Virus record (IMG/VR): IMGVR_UViG_3300025869_002060
Location: 164,349 to 228,348 of that record
Strand: one strand, 5' to 3'
DNA: 64,000 nucleotides
The notes beneath the pieces were generated by a model. That model worked only from the letters and a program-made list of their open reading frames with translations, made no database searches and was not told where the DNA came from. Positions 25,826 to 34,655 of the stretch are shown here, piece after piece. The translations under genes and the position numbers were made by a program. The first letter of the stretch is position 1. Each line of letters begins with the position of its first letter.

Positions 25826-26328
25826 TATCAGCATTACTAGCAGTAGATTCAAGAGGAGGAATGGGATATAAAGGCACATTGCCTTGGTATGTTCCAGAAG
25901 ACTTGCAAAAGTTTAAAGACCTCACTATGAATAATGTTGTAGTAATGGGAAGAAAGACTTGGGACGATAAGAAGATGCCCAAGCCATTGGTAAACCGAAC
26001 TTGTTACGTAGTAACTTCTCGCCCTGATACACTAGGTGATCATGCTTTACCAATTAACGGAACTAACCTTGAGAAGTCCATATTAGATTTAGAATTCAAA
26101 CATCAAGATAAAAAAATATATGTTATTGGTGGACCTAAAATAATCATGCAGGTTCATAATATATTAGATCAAATACACATCACTCAAATTCAAGGTCAAT
26201 TTAAAACTGATGTTAGAATCAATGTTGACAATTTAGTAACTCGTGATTTTATTCCAAGAAGCAGTTCATCAGGGCCAGACCAAAAAGCGACATTTATACG
26301 TTATGAAAAATTATTTAAACGCCATTAA
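25822..26328 (+). CDS. folA: Dihydrofolate reductase
   Basis: GMGYKGTLPW..PEDLQKFK, VVMGRKTW, PLVNR, VIGG. Confidence 0.93.
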   Translation: MISALLAVDSRGGMGYKGTLPWYVPEDLQKFKDLTMNNVVVMGRKTWDDKKMPKPLVNRTCYVVTSRPDTLGDHALPINGTNLEKSILDLEFKHQDKKIYVIGGPKIIMQVHNILDQIHITQIQGQFKTDVRINVDNLVTRDFIPRSSSSGPDQKATFIRYEKLFKRH

Positions 26329-27133
26329 AGAAGTACTAATAAACGGACAAGAACGCAGAGATCGCACCGGCGTTGGTACCATTGGTTTATTTGGTATGCA
26401 ACAACGTTATGATCTAAACAAAGGTTTCCCAGCAGTAACTACAAAGAAACTTGCATGGAAAAGTGTAGTTAGCGAGTTGCTCTGGTTCTTAGAAGGCAGT
26501 GGCGACGAACGTAGACTAGCCGAAATATTACACAAAACAAGAGATGAAAACAAGAAAACTATCTGGTCTCCTAATGCAGAAGCAGACTACTGGTTACCTA
26601 ATGCGGAATACAAAGGCGACCTTGGTAGAGTGTATGGTGTACAATGGCGTGAATGGGGAACAGATCAAATTGAAAAACTAATTGAAGGTATTAAACAAGA
26701 TCCATTTTCACGTAGACATATACTAAGTGCATGGAATGTAGGCGAGCTAGATCTAATGGCATTACCACCATGTCATATTATGGCTCAGTTTTATGTTAGC
26801 ACAGACAACAAATTAAGTTGTCAAATGTACCAACGAAGTTGCGACATGTTTCTTGGAGTACCATTTAACATTGCAAGTTATAGTCTACTCACACATATGA
26901 TTGCCCAAGTATGCAATCTAAAAGTAGGCGAGTTTGTGCATACATTAGGCGATGCACATATATATCTTAACCATGTCAATCAAGTTAAAGAACAACTTGC
27001 AAGAGAACCGTTGCCTTTACCTACACTTTGGCTAAATCCAGAAAAAAGACATATTGATCATTTTACAATGGATGATATACGTTTGCAGAATTATCAAAGT
27101 CACGAAACAATTAAAGCGGAGATGGCAGTATGA
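26303..27133 (+). CDS. thyA: Thymidylate synthase
   Basis: DRTGVGT, TTKKL, ELLWFL, ALPPCH, YQRSCDMFLGVPFN, DAHIYLNH; start refined to MKNYLN. Confidence 0.95.
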   Translation: MKNYLNAIKEVLINGQERRDRTGVGTIGLFGMQQRYDLNKGFPAVTTKKLAWKSVVSELLWFLEGSGDERRLAEILHKTRDENKKTIWSPNAEADYWLPNAEYKGDLGRVYGVQWREWGTDQIEKLIEGIKQDPFSRRHILSAWNVGELDLMALPPCHIMAQFYVSTDNKLSCQMYQRSCDMFLGVPFNIASYSLLTHMIAQVCNLKVGEFVHTLGDAHIYLNHVNQVKEQLAREPLPLPTLWLNPEKRHIDHFTMDDIRLQNYQSHETIKAEMAV

Positions 27134-28137
27134 CCAGAGCATTAGTAACAGGCGGATTAGGACTTATTGGTCATAATATAGTACAAGAACTTGTTAGTCA
27201 AAATATCCCTACAGCCATTGTTGACAACCTAACAAATTATAACAATGCAATTAGTATGAAAGAATTAGGATATCTATTTGGTGAAAGACTTAAACTAGTA
27301 CACGACCTGCCACCTAATCTTGTTAGTTTAAATTACCTACACAAAGACATTGAAACAAACGATTTTGAATCTTGTTTTAACTTTGTAAAACCAACAGTTT
27401 TGTATCATTTGGCTTGTCCTCCTAGACAAAAGATTGTTGGACTAAGTCCACAGTTCTGCGGTAATACAATGATTGGCGGATTGCTTAATACTTTAAAACA
27501 CTGTGTCAAATACAATGTAGAAAGAATTGTTTATATTAGTTCTAGTATGGTATATGGAGACTTTGAAGATAATGTTACTGAAGATGCAGTACTAAATCCA
27601 CAAGGTGAATACGGTATTTTAAAACTTGCTGGTGAACAATTGGTCAAAGACTATCACAGAAAGTATGGACTAAATTATACTATCATTAGACCAAGTGCAG
27701 TTTATGGTCCGCTTGATTTAAGTGATAGAGTTATTAGTAAGTTTCTGTTAACTGCAATGGGAGGCGGAGAGCTTACTGTCAATGGTGAACACGAAACACT
27801 TGATTTTACATATGTTGGTGATGCCGCACAAGGTATTACGAGTGCCGGATTAAGCGAAGAAGCAGAAAATAAAACCTATAACATTACCAAGAGCCACAGT
27901 AAGACTTTATTAGCGGCCGCTGAACTAGCAGTTGAGATTGCTGGAAAAGGTACTATTAAGATCAATGAAAAAGATGATGATTTTCCAAGTCGTGGAGCAT
28001 TAGACATTACCGCGGCAAAACAAGACTTTGGGTTTGATCCCCAAGTTGATATTGAAGAAGGATTTGGCTTATATCATGAGTGGCTTTCAAATTCCGTTTA
28101 CTGGAACAAAGCGGCAATATCAAAGTTTGCGAAGTGA
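27130..28137 (+). CDS. NAD-dependent NDP-sugar epimerase/dehydratase
   Basis: TGGLGLIG, ISSSMVYG, YGILK (YxxxK), RPSAVYGP, LDFTYVGD. Confidence 0.9.
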   Translation: MTRALVTGGLGLIGHNIVQELVSQNIPTAIVDNLTNYNNAISMKELGYLFGERLKLVHDLPPNLVSLNYLHKDIETNDFESCFNFVKPTVLYHLACPPRQKIVGLSPQFCGNTMIGGLLNTLKHCVKYNVERIVYISSSMVYGDFEDNVTEDAVLNPQGEYGILKLAGEQLVKDYHRKYGLNYTIIRPSAVYGPLDLSDRVISKFLLTAMGGGELTVNGEHETLDFTYVGDAAQGITSAGLSEEAENKTYNITKSHSKTLLAAAELAVEIAGKGTIKINEKDDDFPSRGALDITAAKQDFGFDPQVDIEEGFGLYHEWLSNSVYWNKAAISKFAK

Positions 28138-29239
28138 GCTTCTTGATACTGCTGATAAAGTTTGGTCTACAGGACAACACCTAAACGGATACTACACAGA
28201 GACTTTTGAAAGTGTAATTGCTGAACGATGCAATCGCAAATATGCTATTGCTGTTAACAGCGGAACACAGGCGTTGATATTCGCTATTAGATCTCTCAAG
28301 CTACCCTTTCGTAGCAAGATAGCAATACCAGGTTTAAGTTTTGTTGCAACTCTTAACAGTATAATTGAAACTGGTTATATCCCACATTTAATTGATGTTG
28401 ACAAAGATGGTCTAATAGATCTGACAACCGATGAAGATATTGAAAAAACCTATGATGCTTTGGTATATGTTAACCTATATGGTAACATGGTTGATTATAG
28501 TAAAATTAAATTAATTACAGAATTTTTTGGACAAATTACAAAGTTACCTGTTATTGAAGATGCCGCTCAGAGTTTTGGATCCACGTTTCAAGGTAAACCA
28601 AGTGGTAGCTTTGGAGACATTAGTATATTAAGTTTTGATCCAATGAAAAACTTTAACAGTTATGGCAGTGGCGGAATGGTATTAACTGATGACATGGCTA
28701 TTGCATCAAGTGTTAGAGACCTTGCTACCAATGGCAAAGAAAATAACTATTCTCACAGTGGAACCAACAGTCGTATGAGCGAACTGGATTGTGCTTGTAT
28801 GTTAGTGAAGTTGGGCCACTTTGATAAATGGCAAGCACGCCGAAAGAAGATTGCAACTTACTGGAATGATGAATTTAACAATCATATTAGAACACTTGTT
28901 GTACATGATGATGTTGAATCAAGTTATCACAAATATCCAATATTTGTTAATCCAAATGTAACCAGTAGAAATAGATTAAAGTATAACCTACAAGAGTTAG
29001 GAATTGCAACAAAAGTACACTACGATAAAGCTCTTGGCAACTATCAATCCTTTATTGAATGTGCTTATAGTATTTACGATGCCGACCTTAGAGCCGGAAT
29101 AGAACACCAAGCCACACAAACCAACATGGCTGTAACTATAGCAAATAACCAATTGAGTTTACCTATATATCCTGAACTAACTGATGCTGAAGTTGAATTT
29201 ATTGCAGAACAAGTTAAAGATAATGCATCCAAGTACTAG
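28076..29239 (+). CDS. DegT/DnrJ/EryC1/StrS NDP-sugar aminotransferase
   Basis: AVNSGTQAL, EDAAQSFG, SFDPMKNF..YGSGG, NSRMSEL, LSLPIYP; start refined to MSGFQIP. Confidence 0.92.
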   Translation: MSGFQIPFTGTKRQYQSLRSELLDTADKVWSTGQHLNGYYTETFESVIAERCNRKYAIAVNSGTQALIFAIRSLKLPFRSKIAIPGLSFVATLNSIIETGYIPHLIDVDKDGLIDLTTDEDIEKTYDALVYVNLYGNMVDYSKIKLITEFFGQITKLPVIEDAAQSFGSTFQGKPSGSFGDISILSFDPMKNFNSYGSGGMVLTDDMAIASSVRDLATNGKENNYSHSGTNSRMSELDCACMLVKLGHFDKWQARRKKIATYWNDEFNNHIRTLVVHDDVESSYHKYPIFVNPNVTSRNRLKYNLQELGIATKVHYDKALGNYQSFIECAYSIYDADLRAGIEHQATQTNMAVTIANNQLSLPIYPELTDAEVEFIAEQVKDNASKY

Positions 29240-30014
29240 AAAACTTGATAAGTTTCTTTACAGTAACAAAGTACATGCTTCAGCATTTGAAAAAGGCTTG
29301 AACGGAGATATCCGTGACTTTAGAGGCCAAACCCTTGACTGGCTTCCAACGGATACCGAAAAGCTATACCTAACAAATATTAAAAAGTTTCCTGAGTTTT
29401 TTGCAGACAAGGAATGGACACAACCAGGAAATATTACATATCATATCAATGCACACGGGTTTCGTGGAGAGTTCTATACTGAGCCAGATATAGTAGCACT
29501 AGGATGTAGTAACACTATGGGCATTGGGTTACCCGAGGATAAGATATGGTGCTACCAACTTGGTCAAAAATTAAATATGACTGTAACCAATTTAGGAGTT
29601 GGCGGAATTGGTACAGACAGTATATATAATATTGTTAAGTCAATGATATTATCAAAGATAGTAAAACCTAAATTTGTTGCAATGCTTGTGCCACCAATTG
29701 GAAGACTTGAAATACGTACAAATCATCATGATGTTCAACAAGTGAACACTGCGTCAGATAGTGCTACATTAATAGGTAAACATTGGTGGCTTAATGATGA
29801 GAATAGCACACTGTTTGATGAAAGAAATATTATGGCAATTTACTTTCTACTAGAAAGTTTAAATATTCCAATTATACACTTAAACAGTAATCAACTCCTG
29901 CACCGGCAACACCCCAAGGGAGATCTTGCAAGAGACATGATGCATCCTGGTCCTGTATCACACAACGGACTATCTCAACTTATGGCAAACCTAGTAGAAG
30001 CAAAACTAACTTGA
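29223..30014 (+). CDS. SGNH-like protein
   Basis: ALGCSNT (block I), NLGVGG (block II), RDMMHPG (DxxH). Confidence 0.65.
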   Translation: MHPSTRKLDKFLYSNKVHASAFEKGLNGDIRDFRGQTLDWLPTDTEKLYLTNIKKFPEFFADKEWTQPGNITYHINAHGFRGEFYTEPDIVALGCSNTMGIGLPEDKIWCYQLGQKLNMTVTNLGVGGIGTDSIYNIVKSMILSKIVKPKFVAMLVPPIGRLEIRTNHHDVQQVNTASDSATLIGKHWWLNDENSTLFDERNIMAIYFLLESLNIPIIHLNSNQLLHRQHPKGDLARDMMHPGPVSHNGLSQLMANLVEAKLT

Positions 30015-32657
30015 CTCAAACTTTTCTTTGAGCCACGCCCAATCAAAACTCTTTTGTAGCTCTATAGGATCACCATCTACTTCTTCATAATATCTAAGTG
30101 CATCACTTGCACCTTGTATACTATAAACACCATTCAAACTATCTCGACCTTTTGTTAGCCAAGAAGTAAGTCTAGCTTCATTTTCAATACTAGGGTTTAT
30201 GTCATCAAACTGTTTCAGTTTCAATACTTCACGAAATGCTGTACGCCAAGTCATCCACGGGTCTGTATTGTAATGAGCAGTGCCGCTAAGAACTGGTACA
30301 ACTTCATGTGGAGCACTCAGTGTAAAGTCCAGTCCTGGTTGGTTTGTGGCTAGTGTAAGACGCTTATTATAAGCTATAACCCCCATGTGTCCGTATTCTA
30401 ATCCGTTTACTGGATTACGTGCATTAAAAATATAGTGCTTTGCTTGTTGGAAATAGTCTGGTTGCCAAGTAAAATCAAAGTCTCGTTCTACTTCAATTTT
30501 AGCAAACACTGCAAAGAACCATTCAGTGTTTGATGCATGGGCCGCGGCTTGGTATGCTTTTACACGACCATCAATACCTTCAATGTGATGTATTGTATTC
30601 TTATGTTCTAATGCTCCTGCTGGATCTTTTGTAATTGCTACATCTATTAGATGTGTGTACCAACGATTTGCTTCAGTCTCGCCGTTACTGATAAAACATA
30701 TATCCAATGGTCGTGGTATAAAATCAGAACGTCCCGGAGACTTTTTATTAATATAAGGAAAGTCATATACCTGTTCAATTTGACGTTTACTAATATCACG
30801 AGGTATAACAGCCAAGCTATTGTCGCTGGTTAAACTTACAACCTCACGGTCTTTTTGCCTCCACAAACATATAGCACCATATACTTCGGAAGTGTAACGT
30901 ATTGATGCCCCCATGTTAGGTAATAGATTATCTTGTTTCTGAAAAACGGCATATGGAAAATTGGACCAAACATAATTGTTAATTGTATCAACCATGTTAT
31001 CAGTGGTGTATTCAACAACAGGCATTGGCCATCTTTTTAGTTCTTGTTCTAATGTATAATTAATAACGTTGAACCAATCCAGTATTTCTAAATCATACAT
31101 CTGAGTTTTAAAACTCTCAACGTGTATATAAAAAGTATCTCCTCGTTTTTGTCCGTTACTAGGAAATACGTGTATCATTTCGTTTTGCCAAGGCTCAGGT
31201 TGCCAACTAAAATCAAAACGAGCATAGTCACAAATACTGTTGATGATCCAAATGTATTCATGTCCTTCGTGGTTGTTAATAATTCTTTTGAATGTATCCA
31301 GATAGTTGTCAACAAAACGTGTAACAGTTATATTATTGTGTTGACTTTGCAGTTTGTCAAGTTGAACTTGACTTTGTTCATTACCCCAATCAACATATAC
31401 AATAGCATGTAGATCATCAGGTACAGTAACAGATTGTTCTTTAACAAAATTTAAATTTGGAAACTCCGTTATGGAGTTGGCCCATTGACTTGATCGTTGA
31501 AATTCAAACTTGTTAATTAAAAAAGTATCACTCCATTTTTGCCATTGGCTACCAAACACATGAGTCATATAACTTTGCCAACTCTCAGGACGCCAATCAA
31601 AATCAAATTCATCATATACATTTTCGCTACTAATAATCCAAAATCTATTGGTACTACTACGACTAACACATCTGCGTACTGTTTCCAACATTGAGTTGGC
31701 GTAGCGAATCTTTTGCATTCCAGGGTACTTTTCTAGTAGTTTTTCGTACCTTGCCTTAGCTAAACTATTGTTTTTATCTACGTAAAATACATCTATTTCT
31801 TTGAAGGTGCCAATGTCGTGTCCTGGAAAATAATCCATCAATTTAACTTCTGTAGCACCTTCAACAGTGTACATCAATCCGCTTGATTGTATATCACCAA
31901 TTGGAAAATGGTATATGTACGGAGGATCAAGTACATTGGGTTTCCATGTAAAGTCAACTGTTGATTCATCAACATCGTCGGGTATTGTCCAACATTCTTT
32001 GCTTTCGTCTTGCGTACTTATAAAGTCTGCAATTTTAATTTGTTCACCCATTCCGTATGTAATGCCACCTGCACTTTGCCACTTAGTAGGAAAATGGTAT
32101 GTGTATTCTGGATCTAATATGTTAGGATGCCAACTGGTATCAATTGACATGTCATTGGGAATATGCCAATTATCTAATACTGGAAATGCTGTTGCTATTT
32201 GTGCATCAACTAACTTAACTCCAGCAGTGCCAGAATACACAGGACCTCCTGCACTTTGGTGTTGTGTAGGAAAGTAATAACTGTAGTCAGGTTCATGTGG
32301 ATCAGGATGCCAACTATAATCAAAATTTTCTGTATATTCAGTATTAATAAATTTTGATTTGTCTGACAAACGTGTTACAGTTTGATCTGTGCAGAAATGG
32401 TATTGCATTTCTTGTATACGTTTACTCACAAGATATACTTCGCCATCACGTTGCCATTGGCTGGCCCAACAATGTACATACTTTTCCATCCAAGGCTCTG
32501 GAACCACATGAAAGTTAAAGTTTGAGTAGTCATTACCGCCATATAAATAGAAACAATACCTAGTACGACTTAGTTTGATAGCTTCAGTTAAACTTGAAGC
32601 AGGCTTCTCAAACTCAAATAAACCAGGCTTAGGGCCAAAGTAAAAAACATCAAACAT
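30006..32657 (-). CDS. Large repeat-containing protein with C-terminal GT-A-like domain
   Basis: Seven copies of an (F/V/I)DxxWxP...H/Y.F motif; C-terminal DICFISNGE...AWRTAFRE-like domain paralogous to 47138..48070. Confidence 0.65.
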   Translation of the reverse strand: MFDVFYFGPKPGLFEFEKPASSLTEAIKLSRTRYCFYLYGGNDYSNFNFHVVPEPWMEKYVHCWASQWQRDGEVYLVSKRIQEMQYHFCTDQTVTRLSDKSKFINTEYTENFDYSWHPDPHEPDYSYYFPTQHQSAGGPVYSGTAGVKLVDAQIATAFPVLDNWHIPNDMSIDTSWHPNILDPEYTYHFPTKWQSAGGITYGMGEQIKIADFISTQDESKECWTIPDDVDESTVDFTWKPNVLDPPYIYHFPIGDIQSSGLMYTVEGATEVKLMDYFPGHDIGTFKEIDVFYVDKNNSLAKARYEKLLEKYPGMQKIRYANSMLETVRRCVSRSSTNRFWIISSENVYDEFDFDWRPESWQSYMTHVFGSQWQKWSDTFLINKFEFQRSSQWANSITEFPNLNFVKEQSVTVPDDLHAIVYVDWGNEQSQVQLDKLQSQHNNITVTRFVDNYLDTFKRIINNHEGHEYIWIINSICDYARFDFSWQPEPWQNEMIHVFPSNGQKRGDTFYIHVESFKTQMYDLEILDWFNVINYTLEQELKRWPMPVVEYTTDNMVDTINNYVWSNFPYAVFQKQDNLLPNMGASIRYTSEVYGAICLWRQKDREVVSLTSDNSLAVIPRDISKRQIEQVYDFPYINKKSPGRSDFIPRPLDICFISNGETEANRWYTHLIDVAITKDPAGALEHKNTIHHIEGIDGRVKAYQAAAHASNTEWFFAVFAKIEVERDFDFTWQPDYFQQAKHYIFNARNPVNGLEYGHMGVIAYNKRLTLATNQPGLDFTLSAPHEVVPVLSGTAHYNTDPWMTWRTAFREVLKLKQFDDINPSIENEARLTSWLTKGRDSLNGVYSIQGASDALRYYEEVDGDPIELQKSFDWAWLKEKFESS

Positions 32658-33738
32658 GTATAATATTCACTCTCATTATGAAAACATCTTCGCGTTAGCA
32701 AACCAACATTGGCCCGAAGGTGTTGTGTTAGTATATCCGTTTCCTTTTGGTTCTAGCACTGTTGAAAGCCTCGAATGGTTAAACAGTGGCGACGATGGCC
32801 CTGTATTGTTTTGCTATGATCAAGAACCTCTTATTCCAGGTTACAATGATCCGTTATTTGATTACGTTAGAGACTCATGGCCTAATAGACGTATAATATT
32901 ACTTAACACTGAATACCACAGTGAGTCAAAAAACTATTTCAACGACAAGTACGGCTTTGAAGATTGCTATTACTTTTATCATGTATTTGCCGCACATGAT
33001 TGGTTCCGCGGTTATCAATACTGTCCAGATATTATAGCACCAGTTGATCGAAAAGTCAAGAAGAAATTTATTACATTTAACCGAATTACAGGTAATGCTA
33101 GAAGTTATCGTAGTTTGCACGTTGCTGATTTAAAACGCAACAATCTATTACAACACGGAAATATCAGTTATAGTGTTGATTGTCCAGAACACGGAAACAA
33201 CATTAAACAACTTGATTGGGCAGAAGATACTTACAAGTATGATTTTACCTGGGCTAAAAACGAACTAAAAGATTTAGAAGAGTTACGTATTGATACAGAA
33301 TCATTGAGTCATATACCAAACGGAAGTATGGTACTTAGTGCAGTTAAACAATGCATGGAAAGTTTCTTGTTTGTTGTTACAGAGACTGAATTTTGGACTA
33401 ACAAATGTCACTTAACAGAAAAGATATTCAAACCTATAATCAGCGAAATGCCATTTGTATTACTTGGTCCTCCGGGTAACTTGTTATACTTTAGAAGTCA
33501 CGGATTTAAAACGTTCAATGACTGGTGGGACGAAAGTTACGATAATATAGTTGACCCTGTTGATCGTTTGTTGGCTGTTAATAAAGTTATTAAAGATATC
33601 TGTGCAATGCCACATAGTGAATTAGAATCTATGCTTAAAGATATGGCTCCTGCACTAAAGTCTAATAGACAAAAGTTTGAAAGTCAATGTTTTCTTAATT
33701 CTATGTGGGACGAATTAAAACACAATCTATTTAAGTAA
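32656..33738 (+). CDS. Glycosyltransferase-like protein with GT10-type motif
   Basis: FVVTETE...LTEKIFKPI..EMPFVLLG...GFKTF..WWDESYD; paralog of 16542..17552. Confidence 0.55.
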   Translation: MYNIHSHYENIFALANQHWPEGVVLVYPFPFGSSTVESLEWLNSGDDGPVLFCYDQEPLIPGYNDPLFDYVRDSWPNRRIILLNTEYHSESKNYFNDKYGFEDCYYFYHVFAAHDWFRGYQYCPDIIAPVDRKVKKKFITFNRITGNARSYRSLHVADLKRNNLLQHGNISYSVDCPEHGNNIKQLDWAEDTYKYDFTWAKNELKDLEELRIDTESLSHIPNGSMVLSAVKQCMESFLFVVTETEFWTNKCHLTEKIFKPIISEMPFVLLGPPGNLLYFRSHGFKTFNDWWDESYDNIVDPVDRLLAVNKVIKDICAMPHSELESMLKDMAPALKSNRQKFESQCFLNSMWDELKHNLFK

Positions 33739-34224
33739 CTTCTTTGCTTTCTTTGTAGCCATATCCCATTTTAGTTTACTACATCGATCTTTGAATGTAA
33801 TACCCATTAAATGATCAAACTCATGCAAGTAGCACCTGGCAGTATAACCAGTTAATGTTTCTGTTTGCAACTCAAGTTTTTCATTATAAAACTCAGCAAT
33901 AACAGTTTTAGGTCTGGCAATCTTAACAAACACCATTGGAAAACTTAAACAACCTTCATAGTCTACTACAACCTCATCATCAGTTGTTTCGTCAATACGT
34001 ATTGTTGGATTGATACACAATGTACTATTTTCTTTGCTGTCGCCAATAACAAACAAACGGTGATCAATTCCAACTTGATTAGCACTTAAACCCATGCCTT
34101 CATGTTGTACCATCAAGTCTACCATTTCGTTTTTCATTTGCCCAGGATCAAATCCTGGGTTATCAATATCCACTGCGGTTACTGCTTTCGCTAACCAAGG
34201 ATCTGGTGCTAGTATTAATTCCAT
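33727..34224 (-). CDS. def: Peptide deformylase
   Basis: GMGLSANQVG, EGCLS, HEFDH; start refined to MELILAP. Confidence 0.95.
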   Translation of the reverse strand: MELILAPDPWLAKAVTAVDIDNPGFDPGQMKNEMVDLMVQHEGMGLSANQVGIDHRLFVIGDSKENSTLCINPTIRIDETTDDEVVVDYEGCLSFPMVFVKIARPKTVIAEFYNEKLELQTETLTGYTARCYLHEFDHLMGITFKDRCSKLKWDMATKKAKKLLK

Positions 34225-34643
34225 TATTGCCTTCCTGCCCAAAAGTCTCTGTTAAAATGTTGCTTTTCAGCAATCGTTGTTTTAGTTTCAAGTGGTTCAA
34301 GATCTTTATCAATATGTATACGTTCAACATCATAACCAATTGTACGTCCGTAGAAAACATTAGTAATATTTGGAACTTGAATTATTTCAATCATTTTAGG
34401 ATAATCAACTTTGAGATCATCTTCGATTGTTTTTTTAATTTGTTCAAATGTGTAAGGATCTTTCTTGTGTGGTGCTCGCACCATTATAACAACTTGTTGA
34501 GCTTTGCTTGTTCTATACATTTCTGGAGTTTCGATTCTACCTTTATAGATCATAGAATCAAGTATAGCACGATGTCCTGGATCCCAAGGTTGAAATCTTC
34601 CTAAGAATTGAGCAGTGGGTCTACTCCAATCTTCAATACTCAT
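34224..34643 (-). CDS. Cytidyltransferase-like (HxGH superfamily) protein
   Basis: FLGRFQPWDPGH; IIQVPNITNVFYGRTIGY. Confidence 0.65.
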   Translation of the reverse strand: MSIEDWSRPTAQFLGRFQPWDPGHRAILDSMIYKGRIETPEMYRTSKAQQVVIMVRAPHKKDPYTFEQIKKTIEDDLKVDYPKMIEIIQVPNITNVFYGRTIGYDVERIHIDKDLEPLETKTTIAEKQHFNRDFWAGRQ

Positions 34644-34655
34644 TTTATTGTCCTC

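Noticed and set aside
26303-27133. thyA as a dCMP hydroxymethylase or other pyrimidine-modifying homolog
   Set aside because: It keeps the dUMP-specifying Asn (GVPFN) and all canonical motifs and is paired with DHFR, so it reads as an ordinary thymidylate synthase
33727-34224. Phage peptide deformylase as a novelty
   Set aside because: Peptide deformylases are already well documented in marine phages and the motifs here are canonical
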